64,000 bases of DNA from Bacteroidales bacterium. Lineage in GTDB: Bacteria; Bacteroidota; Bacteroidia; Bacteroidales; UBA4417. How positions within the stretch are numbered: the stretch's first letter is position 1; every line of letters begins with the position of its first letter. Below are positions 9,295 to 17,735 of the stretch, one piece after another. The position numbers and the translations under genes were made by a program. Below the pieces are notes generated by a model. That model made no database searches, had not been told where the DNA came from, and saw only the letters and a list, made by a program, of their open reading frames with translations. The stretch lies in assembly GCA_963677975.1 (NCBI GenBank), contig OY782677.1, positions 643,178-707,177 of the forward strand, given 5' to 3'.

Positions 9295-10539
9295 ATGTCA
9301 TTGAATAAACAACAAATACTCGATCGCTTCCTGAAATATGTTAGCATCGACACGCAAAGCGACGATACTTCAACCACATTTCCAAGTACGACAAAGCAGT
9401 TCGAAATGCTAAACCTGCTTCACGACCAGTTGAAGGCTTTCGGACTTGCCGATGTCAGCATCGATTCGAACGGTTATGTTATGGGAACTTTGCCATCGAA
9501 TACATCGAAAAAAGTTCCGGTAATCGGGTTTGTTTCGCACGTGGATACCAGCCCTGATATGAGCGGTGCCAACATAAAACCAAGATTAATTGAGAATTAC
9601 GATGGAAAGGATATCGTTCTCAACCCGGAAAAGAATATTGTGATGACGCCGGTCGATTTTCCGGAACTTCATGATTATGTCGGTCTTACGCTGATTGTTA
9701 CCGATGGAACAACCCTGCTTGGTGCTGACGATAAAGCCGGTGTAACCGAAATTATGGCAGCCATCGAGTACCTTGTAAATCACCCTGAAATTGAACATGG
9801 AACCCTCAAAGTAGGATTTACACCCGATGAGGAAGTAGGCCGTGGCGTCGACTTTTTTGATGTGAAAAAATTCGGGGCCGATTTTGCTTATACCATGGAT
9901 GGCGGAGGTGTCGGCGAACTGGAATACGAAAATTTCAATGCTGCCGGGGCAAAGGTTATCATACAGGGCAGGAATATTCACCCCGGATATGCCAAAAACA
10001 AGATGAAAAATGCCATACTTATGGCCACCGAGTTTAACGCGCTTCTGCCTGTAAACGAAAGGCCTGAGTTTACGCAGGATTATGAAGGCTTTTACCACCT
10101 TATCAAACTCGAAGGGTCAGTCGAGAATTCGTTTATCCAATACATTATTCGCGATCACGACCGGCCAAAGTTTGAACTGAAAAAACAACTCTTCAGGGAA
10201 TGTGTCGAATTTATGAACAAGCGGTATGGTGAAGGTTGTTTTACACTCGAAATGAAAGACCAGTATTACAATATGCGCGAAATGGTGGAACCGGTTTACC
10301 ATGTGGTTGCCACCGCCCAGGAAGCTATGGAACAGCTCGGAATTGTACCCAAGGTAGTACCTATCCGCGGAGGAACCGATGGGGCCCGCCTTTCGTATAT
10401 GGGACTTCCCTGCCCTAATATTTTTGCCGGCGGCCATAATTTTCATGGTAAAATGGAATATGTACCACTCGAATCGATAGTGAAAGCTACCGAAGTAATC
10501 CTTAAAATTGTCGATCTTTATACCTCCCGAAGCAAGTAG
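9295..10539 (+). CDS. pepT: Peptidase T (tripeptide aminopeptidase, M20B)
   Basis: ILDRFLKYVSIDTQSDD, GFVSHVDTSPD, LLGADDKAG and FTPDEEVG motifs over a 414-aa length. Confidence 0.92.
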   Translation: MSLNKQQILDRFLKYVSIDTQSDDTSTTFPSTTKQFEMLNLLHDQLKAFGLADVSIDSNGYVMGTLPSNTSKKVPVIGFVSHVDTSPDMSGANIKPRLIENYDGKDIVLNPEKNIVMTPVDFPELHDYVGLTLIVTDGTTLLGADDKAGVTEIMAAIEYLVNHPEIEHGTLKVGFTPDEEVGRGVDFFDVKKFGADFAYTMDGGGVGELEYENFNAAGAKVIIQGRNIHPGYAKNKMKNAILMATEFNALLPVNERPEFTQDYEGFYHLIKLEGSVENSFIQYIIRDHDRPKFELKKQLFRECVEFMNKRYGEGCFTLEMKDQYYNMREMVEPVYHVVATAQEAMEQLGIVPKVVPIRGGTDGARLSYMGLPCPNIFAGGHNFHGKMEYVPLESIVKATEVILKIVDLYTSRSK

Positions 10540-10566
10540 AAGTAAAACCAAATTTATTTTATCATC

Positions 10567-10612
10567 AAAAAGAATTTCCGGGAACCCTATAATGTTGCCG
10601 GAAATTCTTTTT
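10567..10612 (+). terminator. Rho-independent terminator after pepT
   Basis: Perfect 12-bp stem AAGAATTTCCGG / CCGGAAATTCTT followed by a T run. Confidence 0.75.
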
Positions 10613-10660
10613 CGTTTACAAGCAACTATTTCGGAAAGCGGTGTCTGATAGTTATAACAC

Positions 10661-11200
10661 ATGTATCAGGAGGAAAAACTCATAGCAGAATGCCTGGCGG
10701 GTAAGCGGAAGGCTCAGAATGAGCTATATTCACGCTTTTCCCCGGTTCTCTATGGCATATGCCTCCGGTATGCATCAACCCGTTCGGAAGCCCAGGATAT
10801 GCTGCAGGAAGGTTTCATCAGGGTTTTCACCTCACTTTCATCATTCGAAAGCAAAGGCTCATTCGAAGGATGGATAAAGCGGGTCATTGTAAATACGGCA
10901 CTCAATTCAATACGCAGTAAAGCCAAACAACAGCTCATTTCGGATTATTCCGGATTCGGGGAGATTCCTGACGAGGTTGAAACCGATGAATCCTCACCTC
11001 CGCCCGATCCGGGTACTTTGCTGAAATTAATCCAGGAATTACCCGAAGGCTACAGGATGGTGTTCAACCTTTATGTTTTCGAAGATTATACTCACAGGGA
11101 AATTGCCGAAACAGCCGGAATAAGCGAAAACACATCAAAAACACAACTAATGAGGGCCCGAAACCTGCTTCAGAAAAAAATAAGCGAATTGCATCGATAA
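10661..11200 (+). CDS. ECF-type RNA polymerase sigma-70 factor
   Basis: 179 aa with region 2 (LQEGFIRVF, WIKRVIVNTALN) and a region 4 HTH (YTHREIAETAGISENTSKTQLMRAR). Confidence 0.9.
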   Translation: MYQEEKLIAECLAGKRKAQNELYSRFSPVLYGICLRYASTRSEAQDMLQEGFIRVFTSLSSFESKGSFEGWIKRVIVNTALNSIRSKAKQQLISDYSGFGEIPDEVETDESSPPPDPGTLLKLIQELPEGYRMVFNLYVFEDYTHREIAETAGISENTSKTQLMRARNLLQKKISELHR

Positions 11201-12811
11201 ATGAAAGACGAAAAGGACATACACCCAATTGACAAAATATTCAGGCAATCGCTTGAAGGAGCCGCCCCTGCGCCTCCCTTTTCGGTGTGGAAAGGGATCA
11301 GGTCGCGTATCCCAAAACCGAAATTGTCGTTCGGAAAATTTCTATCCGGACCCGGTGGACTGTCGGCAGTATCTTTCGTTTTAATAGTAGCAGCCTCGTG
11401 GTTAATTTATAAATCGTTTGCACCCTCAGCTAGCACAGCTACAAAAAGCGCATCTCATCAGGTGCTGACTTCTGATACAATAGTTGAAAAGCAAGTAACT
11501 ACAGGAAAAATAATTTCATCAAATGAAACTAAAAAGGAAACACGGGCAGATTCTGGTATAGATTTAGAGAAGAACAGCATTACAGTGGATAAAAACGAAA
11601 ACACGGCTTCATATCAAAATATGCAGAAGCAGCAAACTGAGAAACCACCTGTTAAACAAAAGGGCACTAAAACGGCCGGAATAAAAAACAATTCTACTCA
11701 AGCCCAACAAAAACCCGGTTTACAGGAAGCCAATTCAGCTAGCGCCCGCCAGGCTGGGGAAAAGGGTAATACAGCAGTTCAAAATTCTCCTGTTACAATA
11801 CAACCAAAAGCAGAGATAAACGAACAGGATAAAACAACTGCTATTGATACAACCTCGAAATCTGTGGCAATTAACACAAATAACCCGGTGGATGTCCCCG
11901 GTCCGGATTCAAAACAACCGGATTTGGTAAATATTCCGGTCGAAAACAAAGAACCAACAAAGCCCTTGATTCAAGCGAACGAGGTTGCAGGTCAGGATAG
12001 TATTGCGAAGAATGAAAAAACAAATCCCGGAAATGTAGCCGCCAAAAAACCCGAGAATACGCCTGCTGCAGACCCGGATATAAAGGCAGCAAGTCCAGCG
12101 TTGCCGGCCAATATAAAACTGCGGAATTTTATCTACCAAGCCGGGGCTTTTGGCACTATCGGGCAAGTGTATCAAAAGGACCGTAGTGCGAATATGTTTT
12201 ATGGCGGATCAATTACCGGCGGAGTGTGGAACACGAAATGGAAAGCCGGCGTTGAAACCGGTGTCGGGCTGAATAAGTCCAAGGATTATGGTACTGTTGA
12301 AAACACATGGCTTAAAACAGATTCAATAATAAAACACGATACCATCTGGCATCAGCAGGATTCTATAATTATTCCTGTTATTGTTGATACAGTACTATAT
12401 TTTCAAACAACAAGTTTTGATGTATTAAATTACAGTTATACCTATACATATCTGCAAATCCCGCTTTTTATCACTAAACAGCTTGCCAACTCCGGTAAGT
12501 TTTCACTCGATCTGAAGGCAGGCCCTTTGGTGGGTTTTATGATTTCGAAAAACGAATCGGTCACACATTCCAATAATTCTGCAACGGGCGAACTTACCGG
12601 AAGTGTCATCAAAAATTACACCCGGCTCGATATGAGCTGGCAACTGCATTTTGCCCCACAGCTTCGCTGGGATATCGCCGATAATCTTTCATTGGGAATT
12701 TCGCCAACAGCAGTGTTATTTCTGAACAACCTCTATGATAAGAAAAACAAACCGTCATCAAAACCTTATGGGATAAGTATTTATGGCGGAGTTATTTATA
12801 AAATTAAATAA
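11201..12811 (+). CDS. Membrane-anchored protein coupled to the ECF sigma (possible anti-sigma factor) with a long low-complexity linker and a C-terminal OM beta-barrel-like (PorT/OMP_b-brl_2-like) domain
   Basis: Its ATG directly abuts the sigma factor's TAA. About 55 aa of N-terminus is followed by one TM helix (AVSFVLIVAASWLIY), then about 250 aa rich in Q/K/T/N/P, then alternating-hydrophobic beta-strand sequence (YLQIPLFITKQL ... GISIYGGVIYKIK). Confidence 0.6.
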   Translation: MKDEKDIHPIDKIFRQSLEGAAPAPPFSVWKGIRSRIPKPKLSFGKFLSGPGGLSAVSFVLIVAASWLIYKSFAPSASTATKSASHQVLTSDTIVEKQVTTGKIISSNETKKETRADSGIDLEKNSITVDKNENTASYQNMQKQQTEKPPVKQKGTKTAGIKNNSTQAQQKPGLQEANSASARQAGEKGNTAVQNSPVTIQPKAEINEQDKTTAIDTTSKSVAINTNNPVDVPGPDSKQPDLVNIPVENKEPTKPLIQANEVAGQDSIAKNEKTNPGNVAAKKPENTPAADPDIKAASPALPANIKLRNFIYQAGAFGTIGQVYQKDRSANMFYGGSITGGVWNTKWKAGVETGVGLNKSKDYGTVENTWLKTDSIIKHDTIWHQQDSIIIPVIVDTVLYFQTTSFDVLNYSYTYTYLQIPLFITKQLANSGKFSLDLKAGPLVGFMISKNESVTHSNNSATGELTGSVIKNYTRLDMSWQLHFAPQLRWDIADNLSLGISPTAVLFLNNLYDKKNKPSSKPYGISIYGGVIYKIK

Positions 12812-12815
12812 TTTG

Positions 12816-12823
12816 TATCTTTG
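12816..12823 (+). promoter_or_regulatory. -7 box (TATCTTTG)
   Basis: TAnnTTTG 69 nt upstream of the ATG at 12893. It overlaps the TTG start used in the ORF track. Confidence 0.25.
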
Positions 12824-12892
12824 TGCAAGCAACCCTTCCGGATGATGTGTGTCTTAAAAGAAAACATTATTCTGCACATAAAAATTTACACC

Positions 12893-14656
12893 ATGAAATC
12901 CATCAGATTACTTTTCACCTTCGCGATGATTCTAGCTGGTTTAGCCGGTTTCCCGCAAACCGCAACCCTGCAGGTAAGCGGCCATGTTACTGAGATGCAG
13001 ACCGGGCTTCCTGTGGGCAGCCATTTAGTTTCAGTTACAGTTTTCGGCGACAGCATTAACATCCCTGTGCCATTTACCGACTCAACTTTGACTGATCCTA
13101 CAGGGTTGTATTCACTCACTTTCACGATACCTTACATGCCGGGAACTGCAGCGTTTTTAACCGCCGGCACTTATGATTGTACCATGAACTGGTTGCTGCA
13201 ATCCTTTGTGTATACCAATAACCAATCCTCGTTTACAGCTGATTTTTCCATCTGTACCGATACCATTATTCCCCCCTTGCCATGCGAAAATTACATCAGC
13301 CTGGTTGGTCTCCAGGGGCTAACAGCTTCGTTTCAAGGCAATGTGATAAACGGACTTGCTGCATCTTATTTCTGGCAAATGGGTGACGGAACTACCAGCA
13401 CTATTCAAAGTCCCACACATACCTATGCCCAGCAGGGAATTTACAATGTTACGCTTCAAACCCTGACATCTGGTGGCTGCAGCGATACTTCTGATTTTAT
13501 GCTTGTGCTGATGGATTCCGTTCCGGGAGGATGTGCGAGTTGGTTTATTGCTACACCAACCGGAAATCCCCGCGAGATTGCTTTTACCGCAATCACCCAA
13601 AGCCAGTTCCCGACTGATTTTACCTGGGACCTGGGTGACGGGACCACTGCTACCGGTCAAAACCTCCTGCACACCTATTGCTGTGAAGGTACCTATATGG
13701 TTGTTTTAACTGCGACCGATACCACAGGTTGTTCCTCCACCTTTGCAGCCCCGATAGTGGTTGTGGATGATTCAACCGGCAATCTGACACTTAGCGGACA
13801 AGTCCTGGCAGGAAACGTCCCTGTCAACTTCGGGATGGTGTCATTATACGGGGTAGGACCGGCTGGTGCTTATTACCCGGTTCAAACTACATTTATCGAT
13901 TCGGTTGGATTGTATAACTTCTGGAATGTCGGCAACGGGACTTATCTTATTCTTGCTTATCCGCCCCCCGACTCACTATCAGGCGGCGGCCAATTCCTGC
14001 CTACCTACTACGGTGATGTTGTTTTCTGGGAGCAGGCAACTCCTGTTATGCTCGGAGTACCTTTAAACCCATATATTATCCACCTGGTTAGTTTCGACAG
14101 TATTGGCGGAGGTGGCGGAAGCGTTGGCGGGCAACTGCTAGGCGGAGGCAAATCGATGTCTGCCGGCGGACAGGAAGTCCTCCTGCTCGATGCATTCGGG
14201 AACCCTGTCCGAATTACCTATACCGACCCTGAAGGACACTTCAGTTTTACTTCACTGCCTTTCGGTCAATATAGAGTTCATCCTGTAATTACAGGCACTA
14301 CGGTTCAGACGGCTCCATTTGTATTGTCGGCTACAAATCCTTCGGCGGTTGTTTTGCTCACAATCAACGGGAATATAATTACCGGGCTTAACAAAAGTAA
14401 GGAATCGGGTTTGATCACCTGTGTTTATCCTAACCCGGCTGCTGACCAGGTTTTATTAACACTGAATGCAATTGGTAATGTTGAAATTAAAATCAGCAAT
14501 GCATCCGGTCAGCTGGTAATTTCCGAAACAAGAAATCTTAGCGGTTCCGGATCAAAGGTTACAATACCTGTAAAAGACCTGAAGCCGGGACTTTATTTCC
14601 TCCAGGTTCGGGATAAGGAAGGGATTATTTCATCCTCAAAGTTCATAAAGAAATAA
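12893..14656 (+). CDS. T9SS type A cargo protein with two PKD domains
   Basis: MKSIRLLFTFAMILAGLAGFPQ signal; PKD signatures WQMGDGTTSTIQSPTHTYAQQGIYNVTL and WDLGDGTTATGQNLLHTY; C-terminal VYPNPAADQV...LKPGLYFLQV sorting domain. Confidence 0.85.
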   Translation: MKSIRLLFTFAMILAGLAGFPQTATLQVSGHVTEMQTGLPVGSHLVSVTVFGDSINIPVPFTDSTLTDPTGLYSLTFTIPYMPGTAAFLTAGTYDCTMNWLLQSFVYTNNQSSFTADFSICTDTIIPPLPCENYISLVGLQGLTASFQGNVINGLAASYFWQMGDGTTSTIQSPTHTYAQQGIYNVTLQTLTSGGCSDTSDFMLVLMDSVPGGCASWFIATPTGNPREIAFTAITQSQFPTDFTWDLGDGTTATGQNLLHTYCCEGTYMVVLTATDTTGCSSTFAAPIVVVDDSTGNLTLSGQVLAGNVPVNFGMVSLYGVGPAGAYYPVQTTFIDSVGLYNFWNVGNGTYLILAYPPPDSLSGGGQFLPTYYGDVVFWEQATPVMLGVPLNPYIIHLVSFDSIGGGGGSVGGQLLGGGKSMSAGGQEVLLLDAFGNPVRITYTDPEGHFSFTSLPFGQYRVHPVITGTTVQTAPFVLSATNPSAVVLLTINGNIITGLNKSKESGLITCVYPNPAADQVLLTLNAIGNVEIKISNASGQLVISETRNLSGSGSKVTIPVKDLKPGLYFLQVRDKEGIISSSKFIKK

Positions 14657-14681
14657 TATTAATATCGTACACTGATTTTAC

Positions 14682-14716
14682 AAAAGGTTGTTCCGAAAGA
14701 GCAACCTTTTGTTTTT
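14682..14716 (+). terminator. Rho-independent terminator
   Basis: AAAAGGTTGTTC-CGAAA-GAGCAACCTTTT stem-loop followed by GTTTTT. Confidence 0.6.
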
Positions 14717-14822
14717 CAATACTTTAAACTTTATTATTTTCAAAACCTCATGCGGATAGTTACAAAGGCGAAGATATACGATGTGTTGTAAGATCGGGGA
14801 TTTTTGAGTGTACATTTGTACC

Positions 14823-15215
14823 GTGATCAGCCGCAGAGGAAATATTGAGAATTTTATCGGACGGGCAGTTTTTGTATCGCTGTTTTTCCTGTTGCTTTTC
14901 GCATATTCTGAAAACTCCGAAACTACTACAGCTACAACTTCCCCTTATAAATTTGCATCCGAATTACAATCGAATGCTGCCGCCACGGCAGAGGTTCATT
15001 CGTATACGTTTCTGAAAAGCCTCCTGCCTTTAATCGACAATTTGCATCCGAAGCAATTTAATGAAGGACTCCGGATAATAGCTGTCAATAGCTCGATTCA
15101 TCAACGGATAATCAGCCTGCAAAAAGCCGGGCTTATTATAAAACCTTTTGTATTCCAGGGGCTTTACACCTGTTTCCATTTTATCGATACCGACGACTTG
15201 CCTCTCTTAAGTTAA
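14823..15215 (+). CDS. Hypothetical small membrane-anchored protein (weak call)
   Basis: An open frame with one hydrophobic segment (AVFVSLFFLLLFAY) and no recognisable motif. A TACATTTG box at 14811..14818 lies just upstream, so I moved the start from the GTG at 14808 to the in-frame GTG at 14823. Confidence 0.3.
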   Translation: MISRRGNIENFIGRAVFVSLFFLLLFAYSENSETTTATTSPYKFASELQSNAAATAEVHSYTFLKSLLPLIDNLHPKQFNEGLRIIAVNSSIHQRIISLQKAGLIIKPFVFQGLYTCFHFIDTDDLPLLS

Positions 15216-15290
15216 ATCCATTCAGATCGTAAATTTACATTTTGCCCTTTCCATGGAAAGAGGCATGGTTTAACTTAAAAATCAATCACA

Positions 15291-16151
15291 GTGAAAACAA
15301 TTATAAATTCAATACTTGCAATTTGCATGTTTGGCATATTTGCAACGGGCTTTTCGCAAAAGCCGCAAAATACAAGCCGGATACTAGTGCAGTCAACTGA
15401 TGGTAGGATATCGGAGCAAACACTTAATCAGTCAGTTGCTATAATAAGCAACAGGTTAAAAAATTTCGGAAGCGGAACGTTCGAGGTTTCCAAAGGTCCA
15501 GGGAAAAACCAGATCCAGATCGTACTGGGTGAAACATGGGACCTCAAATTTGCTGAAAAACTTGTTACGCAAAAAGGCGAAATCGGTTTTTATGAGACTT
15601 ACTATTATAAAAGTGTGAATGAGATTTTGAAAGGCAACACGACCTTGTTCTCTCTACTGCATACAAAACTGCCGGGTGATTCAACAGCAACAATTGTTTG
15701 TACAACAGAAGCCGGGAAAAAGGTGGCAGATCAATACCTGAATTCAGCTAAAAAAGGTGCCGGGTGCAAGTTTGTCTGGAATAATTTGTTTGAGAACCCG
15801 GATATTTGCCTTTATGCACTTAAGACCGAAAAGGGCAGTGGGGTAATAATGAAGGGAACCGATATTGAAAGTTTTCAGTTTGGAAATGATTCAGTCTGGC
15901 ACCTCAATTACATTAATTTCAACTGCAAACAACCGGCCATCAGGTTATGGTCTGATATCACAAAACGCAATATCAACAAGGCAATTGCTATCGTAATGGA
16001 CAACAATGTTATTTACGCACCGGTTGTGAGATGCGAAATTCCAGGTGGGAAAAACACGATCACAGGTGATTTCACCCCTGCCCAACTTAAGTTTATTGCT
16101 GCGGTGGGTAATTCCGGCGAACTACCTGTAAGTTTAAAGGTTGTAAAATAA
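15291..16151 (+). CDS. Secreted stand-alone SecD periplasmic (P1 head)-like domain protein
   Basis: Signal peptide from a GTG start. SVAIISNRLKNFGSGTFEVSKGPGKNQIQIVLGETWDLKFAEKLVTQKGEIGFYE and AIAIVMDNNVIYAPVVRCEIPGGKNTITGDFTPAQLKFIAAVGNSGELPVSLKVV resemble the two conserved SecD P1 segments. There are no TM helices after the signal. Confidence 0.65.
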   Translation: MKTIINSILAICMFGIFATGFSQKPQNTSRILVQSTDGRISEQTLNQSVAIISNRLKNFGSGTFEVSKGPGKNQIQIVLGETWDLKFAEKLVTQKGEIGFYETYYYKSVNEILKGNTTLFSLLHTKLPGDSTATIVCTTEAGKKVADQYLNSAKKGAGCKFVWNNLFENPDICLYALKTEKGSGVIMKGTDIESFQFGNDSVWHLNYINFNCKQPAIRLWSDITKRNINKAIAIVMDNNVIYAPVVRCEIPGGKNTITGDFTPAQLKFIAAVGNSGELPVSLKVVK

Positions 16152-16160
16152 GCGGAATAA

Positions 16161-16197
16161 AAACGGGCTGTTGCATGGCAGCAGCCCGTTTGGTTTT
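16161..16197. terminator. Bidirectional terminator between convergent genes
   Basis: AAACGGGCTG ... CAGCCCGTTT 10-bp stem flanked by an A run and a T run. Confidence 0.7.
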
Positions 16198-16260
16198 AAT
16201 TTTTCAGGCGTAAGCTTTTATTAAAGCTAAGGCCGGGGGCAATGAATTAAACCGTAATGC

Positions 16261-17493
16261 CTAATGAAAGAACAAATAGGCGACAAAAATAGCGGCAATT
16301 GCTCCTGCAAGGTCGGCAATAAGTCCGGCCGTAATAGCATAACGGGTCTTTTTTATACCAACTGAACCAAAGTACACTGCCACTATATACAGAGTCGTGT
16401 CGGTTGTTCCCTGGAAAATACATGATAGCCTCCCGGCAAAAGAGTCGGCACCAAACTGTTTCATGGTATCCACCATCATTCCGCGTGCACCTCCGCCACT
16501 GAGGGGTTTCATAAAGGCAGTTGGCAAGGCATCGACAAAATCAGTATTCATCCCCATAGAGGCAAAAATCTGGCCGATTCCTTTCACCAGGAAACCCATA
16601 GCTCCACAGGTACGGAAAACACCAACAGCCACAAGTATAGCCACCAGGTAGGGTATAATGCGGACCGCAATACTGAAACCCTCTTTGGCGCCTTCAATAA
16701 AAGCATCGTAAACGTTAATTTTCTTTATCAGGCCCAATACGATAAACGAAAAAATAATGCTGAAGAGTACAAGGTTCCCCGTTACCGACGAAATAACAGT
16801 GATCTGTTCCTGCGATATTGTGCTGAAATACCAGATAATCGAGCCAACCAAAAGTGAGAAACCTCCAAGATACAGAAGCACTACCTTGTTGAACAGGTTG
16901 ATGCGCTGAATCAACGAAACCGTTATAATTCCTGTAAGTGCAGCACAGAATGTAGCCAGCAGGATAGGGATGAAAACATCCGATGGATCGGCAGCCCCTA
17001 GCTGTTTGCGGTATACCATGATGCTGATTGGAATTATGGTAAGTCCGGACGCGTTCAACACAAGGAACATAATCATTGAGTTTGAAGCAGTGTCCTTGTC
17101 TTTATTGAGTTCCTGCAGCTGTGTCATGGCTTTAAGCCCAAGCGGAGTTGCAGCATTATCGAGCCCGAGCATATTGGCGGCAATATTCATCATAATGGAG
17201 CCATTGGCAGGGTGATCCTTGGGGATATCGGGGAAAAGCCTGCGGAACAAAGGTCCAACAGCCTTTGACATATAGGCAACTATGCCTCCCGTTTCGCCGA
17301 CTTTCATGAGGCCCATCCACAGTGTCATAACACCGGTAAGCCCAAGTGAAATCTCGAAACCGGTCTTGGCCATATCAAATGCCCCGTTCATCATTTCCGG
17401 GAAAATGCCGGTATCGCCGAAGAATATCAGCCGTATAAGCCCTACGATAAATGCAATGATAAAAAATGCAACCCAGATATAGTTCAGAACCAT
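16261..17493 (-). CDS. Nucleoside-recognition (Gate) domain membrane protein, fused SpmA/SpmB-like
   Basis: 410-aa polytopic protein. MVLNYIWVAFFIIAFIVGLIRL...AKTGFEISLGLTGVMTLWMGLMKVGE is typical of this family. Confidence 0.8.
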   Translation of the reverse strand: MVLNYIWVAFFIIAFIVGLIRLIFFGDTGIFPEMMNGAFDMAKTGFEISLGLTGVMTLWMGLMKVGETGGIVAYMSKAVGPLFRRLFPDIPKDHPANGSIMMNIAANMLGLDNAATPLGLKAMTQLQELNKDKDTASNSMIMFLVLNASGLTIIPISIMVYRKQLGAADPSDVFIPILLATFCAALTGIITVSLIQRINLFNKVVLLYLGGFSLLVGSIIWYFSTISQEQITVISSVTGNLVLFSIIFSFIVLGLIKKINVYDAFIEGAKEGFSIAVRIIPYLVAILVAVGVFRTCGAMGFLVKGIGQIFASMGMNTDFVDALPTAFMKPLSGGGARGMMVDTMKQFGADSFAGRLSCIFQGTTDTTLYIVAVYFGSVGIKKTRYAITAGLIADLAGAIAAIFVAYLFFH

Positions 17494-17518
17494 GGCAGGC
17501 GGATTTGAAATTATTTTT

Positions 17519-17526
17519 CAAATGTA
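17519..17526 (-). promoter_or_regulatory. -7 box (TACATTTG)
   Basis: TAnnTTTG 25 nt upstream of the ATG at 17493. Confidence 0.35.
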
Positions 17527-17735
17527 CCAATTATTCGCGGGTATACATAAGAGCTGCGTGATATTTTGGAGCGGACTATTCGGGCTAATCCCAATTCAAT
17601 CATGCAGTATTAGGTTCTAGAGATTATTATGAGAGAAAACTTTAAGATAATATATTTCACAGGCCTAAATGGTATTGAAAATGGGTACATTTGATGTGAT
17701 AAAGAAGTTCTTCTTTAACGTAATAAAATCTGAAT

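Noticed and set aside
9586-10662. Two minus-strand ORFs of 170 and 181 aa inside pepT. Similar shadows occur at 6059..6622, 21453..22019 and 31063..31572.
   Set aside because: All are antisense to confidently identified genes and lack motifs.
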